From: Botryllus schlosseri
Taxonomy: Eukaryota
Direction of reading: 5' to 3'
DNA: 64,000 bases
NCBI GenBank assembly: GCA_051294905.1
Contig: CM119372.1
Coordinates: 24,864,001 to 24,928,000 of the forward strand
The position numbers were made by a program, and so were the translations under genes. Shown here piece by piece: positions 52,216 through 64,000 of the stretch. Below the pieces are notes generated by a model. The model was not told where the DNA came from and did no database searches. It saw only the letters and a list, made by a program, of their open reading frames with translations. Position 1 is the first letter of the stretch; each line of letters opens with the position of its first letter.

Positions 52216-53268
52216 CAGGGGTCACCAACCCGGTGCCCGCGGGCACCAGGTAGCCCGCGAGGACTAGATGAGTAGCCCGCGAGCCCATTCTAAGAATAGG
52301 TGGAATAGCAGCATTTACCAATATTCGTCAGATTATTACCAATGAGCTTTTAAGTGTAGATCGATCGATTCAGCTATTCTTGTTTAAAACACACTAACAT
52401 GTAACTTACATATATAAACACTTAAAAATATCTTCTATTACAATTAGTTATATAGATATGTGATAGAATCACCATAAATTTAACATACGGCGCATTGCCT
52501 ATACAGGTGACATGACTGAATGCCCCACGGTCTTCTTGAAATGGTTGAGGGTTCCGTTACGATAGCTCGACGACCAGGACAATGCCACAGTAGTAAACAA
52601 TATTACTATTAGGACTCAGATAGCCGTGAAGTACTAGCAGATTTTCAGTATCTGTATACCCACTACGTATTGCATCTTTTGGCACAGTTTGTTTCTGTTA
52701 CACTCAACGCAGTTTAACATACCATGTTTCTAATTTTCCGTAATCGTTGCTGCTGTCCGGTATACCGTATAATGAAGTCTTGTCATTTCTGGATGCCGAA
52801 CAGTAGTAGGAGACTGAAATTGTAACACTGCAAAATGACCCCGCCTCACTGTGCAGCAACGTTTGTTGCATTGTTGATACGGAAAAGTACAGTGGTGTAT
52901 GCGCAGCAGCTATGAAGGTTGCAAGCGTCTATGGTTCAACTTATCGTTGTGAATCATGCTTTTCGGGCATGAACTTCATCAAAAACAAACACAAAACGCT
53001 TATTTATTGCACATCTGGAACACTCACTCAGAATTGCAATGTCAAGGTGAATACCAGAGTACAGCGCACTAGTTCATATCATACAATGACAGGCTTCCCA
53101 CTGACTGCTATAGAAACAGGTAACATGATGTCCAGTCCTGCCCAGTGCTATGAATGTCAAAGCGGAAATTCGGTGTGACGTGGGTAAACGGCGGGAGTAA
53201 ATAGTAGCCCGCCGCTTCAATCATTACGCAAAAGTAGCCCTCGGTTGCAAAAAGGTTGGTGACCCCTG
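52216..53268 (+). mobile_element. Internally deleted hAT transposon with a transposase C-terminal remnant
   Basis: TIR CAGGGGTCACCAACC...GGTTGGTGACCCCTG, exact TSD GTGTAGGG. The ORF at 52912, KVASVYGSTYRCESCFSGMNFIKNK, is the hAT dimerisation-domain signature (GTF2IRD2/SPIN-like). Confidence 0.92.
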
Positions 53269-55112
53269 GTGTAGGGGATATAAAAATATTATCTGGCCAT
53301 TGATTGATTGCTGTCGCCTACGCTTGGGTAAGATTTGCCCGGGTTTTCAACATCAACATGATTTTATTCCAATTTGTGAAATTTATAAATTGGTTGTAAT
53401 TTTCTATGCGTAGGCTAATTACTTCGTTGATGTAGTGCTATATCGGTGTGAGATCAAATTGCCTCGTCTTGATAGTTGACATCGGGCAGTAGACCGAGGT
53501 GGATGCTTGATCAAGAGACCGCAACTGGTCGTTTCGGCATTCTCTTCTATCTCTTTACGCAATCGCATTGTACATCGTGTGAGCATAGCAATTTACAGCG
53601 TACGCAGCTACGCTGTAAATTGCTATGGTGTGAGTGCGCTGGGCAGATGAAAATATAATCTGACAATTATTATTATTATATTTCGATTTTGTGTTCGCAT
53701 TTGGTATAGATGTAATAGTTGGCTTAGAATAGGCTTCATCGAGATATGATTGCATTCAATCAATATGCGTTGACAGCATAAGACTACTAACTGAACAGTA
53801 TGCTACAGTTTATTCGCGTCCTTCTAGTTATTTCTCAATGACATCCTAATACACTCATTATTCTCAATATTTAAGTGATACGAATCAGACAGAATGTGCA
53901 AACGTCTCGTGGAATTTGATGGGTATCCGGTGTAAATTTTTGGCATTTATTTCGAATGATCGTGATATATCTGCGGCAATGATTGTATAATGTATATTGT
54001 GCACGTATAGGTAGCCCAGCATTCAAGCAAATCCATAGTATCAGTAGAGACCTCCGTTGACTTCGGCGTACCCGCTCTCAACTTCACGGCCGCAGCCGCT
54101 GCACTTCAAAAGCGCACATGATAATTTCGCTGTATAAGTTTAGATACGTACACTGTAGTCGTCCTCTTTGGTTTATTAGCAATTTTAGCAGTTCAATGCA
54201 CCACAAAATGCAATACGATGAAAAGATAGGAAGGTTTCGAAGCGATTTGGACAAGTCTATGGAATCAGACACCCACATTGGCCTAGGTGGCGTAAAGAGG
54301 AGGCATGCACTGCGACTGCACAGTGCACACTGAATGAAAAGTAAAGAAGATAGTTATAGGAAAAAGGCAAGCGACAAGAAATGGGGTAGGGTGGCATGTC
54401 ATGGAAGGCGACAATATGCGGCATTGCGTACGTTATCGTCATGCTACTGTCTCACCGTGTACACCTGGTATCAGGACCACCACCACCCTAGTTACTTGAC
54501 TTACTTCCCATTCTCAATATCTTTCTAACCGTATTTTGTCGCTACTGTTTGCTGAATATAGGTTGATTGATTCGATTCGAAATAATGTGAACCGTGGACT
54601 TTCGTCAACAATAATTCAGTTCATTTCATTTAGAATTTTTATCATTTCAAAACCTCACAAGGCTGCAATACAATGAAAAGATAGCAAATATGACTAAATA
54701 GGGCCTACTTGAGTCGTTTCGACTCCAATCTTTTCATTTTATTGCAATCTTGTGGTGTTTTGAGTTGATCAAGTTATTAATAAACTATAAATGGAACTGA
54801 ACCTGGCGTATTATATAGGGTTACCATAAGTCCTCTTATAAGAGGATTTGTCCACTTTTTTTACTTCTTTGAAAATGTCCTCGGAGGACGCCCTTGCCCT
54901 TTTTTTTTTCAGTCAACCGATCACAAAGTGGGAAAAATATACAGTATTTGAGAATTCTTCTCCGGTTTTGCAAGTCTCAAAATTCTGAAAAAGTGTCCTC
55001 TTTTTAGATTTCCAAAATATGGTTGGAAAGTCTGCCACGCAGGCAATTCCTAAGAAAGGATGCCATGTTTTGTCACTATGTCAATGATTTCTGATGTGTA
55101 CAGGTAGGCCTA

Positions 55113-56124
55113 CACTACAAAAATATGAGGCAAGTTTGGTTCCAAAAGTCAAATTTAAGACATGAGGATGAATTTGTCTCATTTTCAGCAATTTCAGTCC
55201 TGCTGATGAAGTGAGGTCTTGAAATTGAGACTGATTCAGCTTTTCAAGACCATACAAAATTGTCATGATCATTCGGTCTTCAAAATCAGACCAATAAAAC
55301 ACATCTTATAAGACGTACCGGTATTGTGCTTATTGAGACATTCTTTGATTCATCCGTTTCTGTGGTCTTGTTTTCAAGACAAATTTCGCTAATCCAGAAA
55401 TAACATGGTTCTTGGTCTTAAAAATGAGACCGGAAAGTTGAGATGGGCCAAGAGGATAAAATTAGACAAGTTTGATCTTAATGTCTCCAATTGATTTTTA
55501 GCAGAAAAGTCTTCAAGACCAACTAGTCTTACCATGTTCTTTCTGTATCAAAAGTAAGACCCAAATTGATCGATAATAGAAGCAGTGCTTTGGGGGCATC
55601 CTTTCTAGTGTTAGGTTCCTAGTGAAGGAGGAGATTGAAAGAGACCATGGGAAAATACTGCGCTAAGGACTTCATAGACACAGCTAGCTTATTGAGATAA
55701 TTTTTGATGCTTCATTTTTTTAGTCTTGTTTTTAAGACAAATTTTGCAGTTTTTTTGCGTTGTTCTGTTAATATTACATGTTGAGTGGTAACTGGCATGT
55801 ACCTTAATAACGTTATCTAGTGAATGTCTCGTAAACTCCTTAGTACACTATCATCCCAACACTGCAAATTCAGGTCTCTGTCATGCTTCCCCTTCACTCA
55901 GAACCTAACACTGAAAAGGATGCCCTCAAAGCACTGATACTATTTTCGATCAATTTGGGTCTGACTTTTAAGACTGAAAGTACTTGGTAAGACTAATTGG
56001 TCTTTTAAACTTGTTTGCTAAAAATCGATTTGAGACAGAAAGTACTTGGTAAGACTAATTGGTCTTTAAGACTTTTTCTGCTAAAAAATTGATTCGAGAC
56101 ATTAAGACCAAATTTGTCTAATTT
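55113..56124. repeat. AAGAC/GTCTT-rich inverted repeat structure, possibly CACTA-derived
   Basis: Arms 55459-55646 and 55873-56124 are diverged reverse complements. The right arm has a ~60-bp tandem duplication. CACTACAAAAA lies at 55113 and TTTCTAGTG at about 55610. Confidence 0.65.
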
Positions 56125-56243
56125 ACCATAGTTTTCTGTGAAAACTCGTTTTGGTGTAATTGTAACTAATTTGGAAAAGTATTCAAACTTTTCTGTTTCT
56201 TATACCAGGACCAGGTACTGATAGGTATCCTAATTTGAAAATC

Positions 56244-58964
56244 ATGGGCGACAAAGCAAAACTTTTCGAGCCATATCGGGCTCTTGGGCTGTACTCCTCA
56301 CACATTCCGCACTGCACTCGTTATCATCAAAAGCATCAAGAACATTACGTGTTTGTTGCCGTGGGAAAGGTTTTCCATACTTACAATTGCTCAAAACTGA
56401 AACTCACCCAAGTCAGCAATGCTCATCCGGAGGATATTTCATGCATTGCCGCCGATCGATTTTTGGTCTATACTGGCTGTGGGAATACAGTACGGGCTTT
56501 TCAGCATAACAGACAAGTCAAGTACACATACGAAGGGCACAAGGATGAAGTTCATTTGATCCTACCGTTTTCTGAACATCTGATAACGGTTGATATATCC
56601 GGTGCGGTTAAGATCTGGCATATCAATTCTCAAGAACTGTATCTTGATATGGAATTCGACAATAAATCCTTTCAAATTACATCCATTCTTCATCCTTCTA
56701 CGTATGTAAACAAAATTCTGTTTGGTTCGTCCCAAGGCACCTTACAATTGTGGAATATCAGAAAGAATGTGATGTTGTACACGTTTAAGGACGTGACAGA
56801 CACGTCGTCGGTAGTCTGCATGGCACAATCGCCTGCAGTGGATGTCATTGCAATTGGAAGGTCAAGCGGAAGTGTAGTCATTGTAAATATCAAATTGGAT
56901 CGAGAAATCATGCGCTTTGTGCAAAATGAAGATCCGATTGTCGGGATTGCTTTTCGGCTGGATGGGCCTCCTACGATGGTGACAGGTGGCGGGCAAAAAA
57001 TCTCAGTTTGGGATTTAGAAGAAAAACGTTTGCTTTCCGTTATGGAGCGCGTGCACAGCGATAAAATCGCCGGAATGACATTTTTACCTGGTCAGCCTGC
57101 GCTTCTCACAAATTCTGCGGATAATAGCGTGAAAATGTGGGCTTTCGATCAGAGTGATGGCTCCGGACGGTTACTGAGATACCGGGCTGGCCACAGTCTG
57201 CCGCCGACTAAAATCCGGTTTCACGACGAAACTAACATCATATCAGTCGCGTATGATTCGACAATGAGAATATTCTCACTCGAAAACGAACATCTAGTCA
57301 AAAGCATGGGGCAGGCATCCACGAATCGTGCCATGGCTCGTAGAGCCGCCTCACATTTAGACAAACGCAAACTACCGCCTATCGTAGATTTTTCGTCATC
57401 AACAGCCAGACAAAGAGAATGGGACAACATCATCGCGTTTCACCATAAGACCGCGATCGCAACAACTTGGAACTTCCACCGTTGCAAAATGGGAACATAC
57501 AAGTTACTTCACGAGCGATTCAGGAATTTGCGCACGACTGCCAAAGACAAAAACAAAGAAAAAAAAGTCGGTGTTTATGTGACCGCCGTTACTTCGACAC
57601 AGTGCGGAAATTTTTGCCTTGTCGGCTACAACACGGGCCATGTAGACATTTTTAATATGCAATCTGGGTTACATCGCGGCACCTTTGTTGACGCCGATTT
57701 GACTAGTGCACACACCCGGCAAATCTGTGGGATCGCTGTCAATCTACTCAACCAAGTTGTGGTGACTGCGGGAAGCGATAATTCCCTGAAATTCTGGAGG
57801 TTCAAGACCAAGAAACTAATAGAAAAGATTGAAATTGAGTCGAAACCTTCGATGCTGAGTCTTCAAGGCGAGAACTCGCTGGTGGCAGTTGCTCTTGATG
57901 ATTTCTCTATTCTCGTGTACGATTTGGATACAAGGAATTTGGCGCGTCGTCTGACCGGCTTTCGAGGCAACATCACCGACATGACATGGAGTGCAGACGG
58001 CCGCTGGCTTGTGGCGGCTTCCATGGACTGCACGATCAGAACGTTCGAGTTATCGTCGTCCAGCTTGATCGATTGTTTTCTAGTCGACACGCCTGCGGTC
58101 ACTGTAGCACTGTCTGTGAATGCAGATGTACTCGCTACGTGTCACGTCGATGATTTGGGCGTGTTTTTGTGGTACAACTCTTCCATATATGGTCGTGTAT
58201 CACTGGCTCCGCTTCCGTTGGATTATCATCCTACCAATGTCGTGGAGTTACCCGCGTCTGAAGTTACAGATGGCGACGTTGCAGAATCGGAATGTCAAAC
58301 TTCAAAAGAAGTTACGCAGGACAACGATGATGCACATTTGGCAAAGCCATTGGATGAGACTCTTGTCACAACGTCGGGATTGCCGTCTACAAAGTGGGCT
58401 CATTTGGTTTCGCTCGATATCATCAAAAAGCGGAATAAGCCAAAACAGCCCGTGAAGCAACCTAAGTTAGCGCCGTTTTTTATCCCTACGGTCGCCGGAT
58501 TGACTCCTAGCTTTGATATCAGCGGCGAGGAGAAAGATTCTAAGATCGTCAAGCCGATGAGTTTGATGCCGTTGTCGAATTTTGCTTCGTCATTACTCGA
58601 CCAAGAATCTACCTCTAATCAATTGACAGCAATGAACAAATTGAAAGAGATGGGCCCATCTGCTATTGACGCGGAGATACGAGGCCTGGCGTCCGAATGC
58701 GGCGGCTCTCTCGAAGTCATGTCTGGCTTTCTCAAGCTGATTCTGTCGACGTTGAAATCAAGGAGGGACTTTGAATTTGCTGAATCGCTCCTTGCGTTGT
58801 TTATGAAGGTGCACGCTGGCGACATTGCGTCTGACCCGATACTGGTGGAACTCTTGGAAGAAATCGAGATTGAACACAAGACGTGTTGGGATTCGCTCAG
58901 AAAAGATATCGATCAGAGCATATGCCTTCTTAATCACATCAAAGCTGTTAATTCGCACGCTTGA
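56244..58964 (+). CDS. WDR36: WD repeat-containing protein 36 / UTP21 (SSU processome), single-exon ORF of 906 aa
   Basis: Uninterrupted ORF. N-terminal LFEPYRALGLYS, motifs REWDNIIAFH and QCGNFCLVGY...FNMQSGLHRG, many WD repeats, and the Utp21 C-terminal KRNKPKQPVKQPKLAPFFIPT. First ATG at 56244. Confidence 0.97.
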   Translation: MGDKAKLFEPYRALGLYSSHIPHCTRYHQKHQEHYVFVAVGKVFHTYNCSKLKLTQVSNAHPEDISCIAADRFLVYTGCGNTVRAFQHNRQVKYTYEGHKDEVHLILPFSEHLITVDISGAVKIWHINSQELYLDMEFDNKSFQITSILHPSTYVNKILFGSSQGTLQLWNIRKNVMLYTFKDVTDTSSVVCMAQSPAVDVIAIGRSSGSVVIVNIKLDREIMRFVQNEDPIVGIAFRLDGPPTMVTGGGQKISVWDLEEKRLLSVMERVHSDKIAGMTFLPGQPALLTNSADNSVKMWAFDQSDGSGRLLRYRAGHSLPPTKIRFHDETNIISVAYDSTMRIFSLENEHLVKSMGQASTNRAMARRAASHLDKRKLPPIVDFSSSTARQREWDNIIAFHHKTAIATTWNFHRCKMGTYKLLHERFRNLRTTAKDKNKEKKVGVYVTAVTSTQCGNFCLVGYNTGHVDIFNMQSGLHRGTFVDADLTSAHTRQICGIAVNLLNQVVVTAGSDNSLKFWRFKTKKLIEKIEIESKPSMLSLQGENSLVAVALDDFSILVYDLDTRNLARRLTGFRGNITDMTWSADGRWLVAASMDCTIRTFELSSSSLIDCFLVDTPAVTVALSVNADVLATCHVDDLGVFLWYNSSIYGRVSLAPLPLDYHPTNVVELPASEVTDGDVAESECQTSKEVTQDNDDAHLAKPLDETLVTTSGLPSTKWAHLVSLDIIKKRNKPKQPVKQPKLAPFFIPTVAGLTPSFDISGEEKDSKIVKPMSLMPLSNFASSLLDQESTSNQLTAMNKLKEMGPSAIDAEIRGLASECGGSLEVMSGFLKLILSTLKSRRDFEFAESLLALFMKVHAGDIASDPILVELLEEIEIEHKTCWDSLRKDIDQSICLLNHIKAVNSHA

Positions 58965-59400
58965 ATGTGACGTATAGCGGTAATTGTTTGAGGGGTATTT
59001 GAATACGCTTTAGGAAATGTGAATCATGTTATATTCATGTAACAATGGCAATGTGAAATTACGCACCACAAGGAGGTTTTTGAATGGTGCAATATCTTAT
59101 ACTGTGTAAGATGATTGGTTAACTTGATGCGGATATTATGGAACTGTTGTTTCACGAATTCGGTGTTAGCTACTTGATGTGATTTGGTTGCAAATATGGT
59201 TTGTTTCGGAATTTTGCATCTGTTAATGATTCGGAACGTTAGATTATCTTCGAAATCACTGCCTTTTCTGCGAATCAATTTGTCATTGGTGCCTCACAAT
59301 TTTCATCTTGTCATTTTCGGATTTCTCCAGATTTTAATGTAGTTCTGGGCCCGGGTGGAAGTACAGTACTCTTGCAGACGCTTTTACAAGGAATAGTTTG

Positions 59401-62400
59401 ATGGGCCATGCTGCCGATCCAAAGGACAGGAATGTGTGCGGTTGTTCTGAAAAAGTGGCAGGACCGTTTGATGCAACAAGACTTCATCTGCTCTTTGGCT
59501 CAAAGGATAATGTGGATAGGTGCGAGATTATTTTTTCGATCACGCCTTTCGATTGCACTTTGTAACAATGCTGTGTGTTGATCGCGACTTCATAAGTATG
59601 AAGTTTCCGCCAATGTGTGTAGCTTCGTACTAGACGTTTCGTATACTGTGATACGACAAATCGAGGGTTGAAAATATATTGATACATGAACTCTAGTGAC
59701 AAGGAGTGCATAATTTCAGTAGGTAACCTACTCACTATTCGACTCAAATAATTGAAATTATTGCTCGAATCATTGTCCCAGCTCTACAATTTACCCATAA
59801 GCTACAGCTAGATATATATATATGTATATGTTGAGAGATGGCAAAGTATCTTTGAGCAGAATAACTCCCAGCCATATAACCATTCCATAGCTGTTTCAGT
59901 TACATGAATATTGTTCCATCTGCTTTTCCGTGCATTACTGCATGTGGCAATATCTATCGGCTACTGCTGTGCTGTGGGATTTATTGGTCAAGTGGACTTC
60001 TTTTTATCAGAAAGGCGTGGCTGAAGACGTACGGGCTCGTCACGTCAGATGATATGCTTCCCCAATATCGAGAACTGCATTTGCATGCGGGATATCGACC
60101 AATCCCCTCGTCTTACAGCTACTGTATCAAAAGGTAAAAGTTTCTGAGAGTTGAATCGAAACACGCTAGGTTTGAATTTCCGTTCTGTACGTTCTTGAAT
60201 AGCAACTGCCAACTAGCCTTGTTTCATTACAGAATCCGTTCTGGTAATTCTCTGTAAGATTTGACTTCCTGACAACATAGCAAGCAAAAGTGCTTTATAA
60301 GCCTGTGCTTCCCGACCTTTTTCGTTCGTGACCCACTTTTACCTCAATGTTTCACTGTGCGACCCAGCATGAGATATGACCTAGCATATGAGAAAGTAAT
60401 TCAAATTACAATGAGTCTTGTGAGTGACAGTAGAATAAGACGCCCACAAGTTAAATTGTGCGTCTGTTTGAGAATACAAGTGTCTCAAGCTGACAAGAAT
60501 GCTCGTAATGGTGGATTACAAACGACGAAGCGGGTATTCAAGTAGTAATTCGTCGTTTACGTCTAACATAAAAGGGTCTCGAGTATTGTTTGCTGATTAC
60601 AATCGGGCTGGATTGCATTTTCCAACCAACGTTCGCAGTTTCACGGCGTACACAAAAACACACCACTGTCCAATTTCACACTCTCATAAAAATGACCGTC
60701 ACAAATATCTGGTTCATCAATTATTGTAAGCATAGGAACGTGGCTTTAATTCAGAGTAGCAGAACGGGTATGAGCCCGTCTAATCGTAAGAAGTTTCGGT
60801 GTTTAGCATTTTTTGCAAATTGGACAAAAGACCGTAACATTTAGAAATTCTATGCGACCCACCAGAGATAGCTTCGCGACTCACCGGTTGAGAAGCACTT
60901 ATATACCGGTAAGCCATGGTAGTGATATTGATTAGTCAGTTGCTCTTGTTACATTCAATTTCTTAATCTTTACATAACTACTGTGTCCCTTATTTCGGAC
61001 ACATAAAATTTTCCCAGCATTTCAAAATGCTGGTATAAGATAGGTTTTCATCTGCCAACCTGTGGCCCGCGAGAAGGTTTTGAGTGGCCCACAAGATAAT
61101 TTTAGAAATTATTAATATTACCAAAATATAAATAGCCCATGCAATTTATTCTGAACCTGCAAGGCCACCCAAAAATTTGATAACTATATTCGCAATTATG
61201 AGAGAACGAGTCGTCTAACATGCGACTTCACTGGCACGCTCGCAGAAATATCTTCCGCGATAAAATCTTGACACAAAATGATGGACGCATGTTGACCAAA
61301 CCTTTCTCCATTGATAAATCCTGGAGCCTCATAGTCCTGCCTTGGCAAACTGAGCCCGGCGGTTTACAGAGGCGACCTGTAATATATGCAAATAACAATA
61401 ATATTGACTGAATCCGTTCATTTATTAACTTTGCAAAATGTTCGCCCTTCACTCAGCTAGAACATAAATACACGCTAAGTTTTCATGGCATAAAAGTAAT
61501 CGACAAGTCTTGCTTTCCCTGTTACCTAATCCGACTTGCTCCGATCTGACCACGAAAAGGGATAATCAACATTCCAGTGGCCCATGTAATGATTCATAAA
61601 TTTCATGTGGCCTCATGGTCGTAAAGGTTAGCCACCCCTGCCTTGGACTCAGATGTTTAGTTAAGTTATTGAGTTGCAGAATCACAATTGCATTTGACAA
61701 ATTTCTGTGCTGTATACTGACAATTTGATGTTTATTTTTCAGCATCTTCTATCCGACTAATGAGACGTTCAATTTTTGGACTCATTTTATATTTCTTTTC
61801 ATTCTCGCGAATCGGTTTTGGTTGATAGCCAATGGACTCCAGGGATCAATTTTTGAAGCCATTTATGTTCCGATCATCATTTATGCTATCGGTGAGTATT
61901 CTACCTGTGATCTTCAACATTCACTCACCAAAGAAACTCTATCGAGAGAGAGAGATTGAGGTAGGTGTTTTGTTAACGAAATAGACACAGTTACAAAATA
62001 GAAATTGACATTTAGTGTAGCAATACGATCGTAGGTTACATCCCTCGTCATCCAATCAGTTGAACCTGCATTTTGAAGTATTAGGAATTAGGAACAAAAC
62101 TAGCAATGTTTTTTCATAAGTAAATAAAGAGCGGACTATCGGGGAGCATTCTAAACCTTGAACAAGGGGACAATGAATATTAAATTACATAAAAACCAAG
62201 GCCAGTTTGATATAACACGCAGTCCGTATACAAGGCTTCTGCTAGCAACATTCCTATCCCATGACCAAGCATGATGCAAACGATAGCCTTTCAAATTTTC
62301 CTATTCATCTTGAGGTACATGCATGATGCTGATTGGAAGCTGTCTTGCCCATGTCTTCTGCAGCGCATCACACAACGTGCGTGAAAGCTGTTGGTTCTGT

Positions 62401-63877
62401 GATTATGCCAGTATCACGCTCAGTTCGCTTGGAAGTGCTATTGTTTACAATAACTATGTCTGTCCATACGAATGTATCGGCGTAAGGATCCGTGAGTATG
62501 GAGTTACCGTGTATTGCCAGCTAGTACGGTTACATTTACCTAGATTTGATTCTGTCATCAACTATGCTCAATTGCTCAGCGAATTGTTCAAGAGTTATTA
62601 ACGCTTTCTCGGGTCGCTTGGCCAATCCTAAAATTGTTACCTTAACCATATGGAGTGAGCATAAAATGATTAGATGTGATCACTGAGCACACACACTAAA
62701 CAGTGATTCAGCAAATTGCAGTGTGAGATTCTCACAGGTGTCATCAGGTCTCATCTATCCCACACTCTAGAGAACTGATTAGAATCCTTGCACAATATTG
62801 GTCAGTTCTAGATATCACACAATTCAACGTGTTCATTATTTCGCAGCAAATTTGATGCTAATACTGGGAGTTGCCGGGGTGGTCGGACATGCGGCTTGCT
62901 GCTACTCACGGAGAATGACTTCGAAACTGAGATATCTTCTGAGAAGTTCCGTCTTTGTTGTTTTATACATGGGCTCGTCAGTACCATGTGGAATTAAGTA
63001 AGCAATCGAAGAGTTTGCAGTTTGTGAAGAAGTGGTTTATGGAGAAATACCTTAGACATGATAGGCCATTTCTTGAATAAACACCTCGTCGGATTGCAAA
63101 AATGGCCTCGTAAATATAATTTGCAGCAAGGACCCCAGTCGCTCCATATTTCCTTGGGCTGGTACCACATAGTCGGGGAAAGGAGAGTTGTGTTACAAAA
63201 CCTTCCGTAATGATGGATATAATTGTAATTTGAAAATGTCGAGTTGGTTCAAGAGCTTGTTGAATATCTGCTTTCTTCCCAGTAGTAGGCCTACCTCAAA
63301 CAAGATCAGCTAAATTTTACAGATGTCTCGATCTTTGACATCTATCACCAAAAACATATGCTCATGAGTTGGAACACTTGCCACTATCTTTCCTGCTCTC
63401 GCCCGCAATGTTGTGAGTCTATTATCTAAGTTCCATATACTCAATACCCTCTATGAGAGAGAGTATGGTGGCTTCTGTGTGTGAGTTGCATCAGCGGATC
63501 TGTGATCCATACAATGATTTGGCCATTGAAGTTTTATGCCAGATGTTCTTCCTGCCGCAGCCAGCGGAAATCGAACCCAAGACATCTGGTTTTCGCGACC
63601 AGGGGGGTAACTGATGAGCTAGGTTGGTTGTCGCTAAAATACCCAGTTTGATATATTTCATAGGAATCTTTGTAAAGAATATCTCTTCTTAACAGATATT
63701 TATCTATAGCCCTCTCAAACGATAGTTCAAGCAACGGCACACTTTTCACGGAAGACATTCGCTGTCATCTCGATGACAATCCTGGAGAAAATGCCACCAA
63801 TTTCCTATTAGTCACTGCATTTTGTGCCCTGACCGTCTTCTTCAATGTATCTAAGATTCCGGAGAGATGGTTTCCAG
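59401..63877 (+). CDS. PAQR family class II (membrane progestin receptor gamma/delta-like), 3' end beyond window
   Basis: In-frame exons 59401-59519, 60011-60133, 61743-61891, 62315-62491, 62847-62997 and 63696-63877. PAQR motifs GYRP, TNETFNFWTH, SCLAHVF, CDYASI and KIPERWFPG. Closest in motif style to PAQR5/6; the paralog is not resolved. Confidence 0.9.
63470..63628 (-). mobile_element. Degenerate tRNA-derived SINE in a PAQR intron
   Basis: The minus strand has TAGCTCATCAG (A-box-like) and GGTTCGATTTC (B-box-like), followed by a GATCCGCTG tail motif also seen near 21660. Confidence 0.5.
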
Positions 63878-64000
63878 GTACTATTTATTATTGGCTTACT
63901 TCATTGACTTATTCTATGAGGGTTCCATTTTGGTTGACTTGAGTCACTTTCGAAAAAGATTTTGTTTGTGGTTTTCAGTTTTGGTAAATTTTGGGCACAT

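Noticed and set aside
56235..56243. TTG start for WDR36 given in the ORF track
   Set aside because: The gene is eukaryotic, and an in-frame ATG in good context (ATCATGG) lies at 56244.
56690..58958. Antisense and alternate-frame ORFs within WDR36
   Set aside because: They are short shadow ORFs of a long coding sequence, with no recognisable motifs.

Overview
Eukaryotic (invertebrate chordate, most likely ascidian/tunicate; this is inference) genomic DNA with spliceosomal introns as short as 56-60 nt. I assembled five + strand genes by hand from splice sites and reading-frame continuity: (1) the last five exons of a Scribble-like gene; (2) a clueless/CLUH gene with at least 26 exons; (3) a 13-exon, ~901-aa Ser/Pro-rich gene I cannot assign to a family, with a GC-AG first intron; (4) a completely intronless WDR36/UTP21; (5) a PAQR5/6-like membrane progestin receptor gene that runs off the window end. 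Introns and intergenic DNA hold many non-autonomous hAT elements with 8-bp target-site duplications, often nested. They also hold a PIF/Harbinger derivative, tRNA-derived SINEs, LINE-tail-like repeats and a Penelope-type GIY-YIG fossil. The most interesting arrangement is WDR36 followed 436 nt later by PAQR. Each is preceded by a splice acceptor and there is no AATAAA between them, which makes the pair a candidate SL trans-spliced operon.
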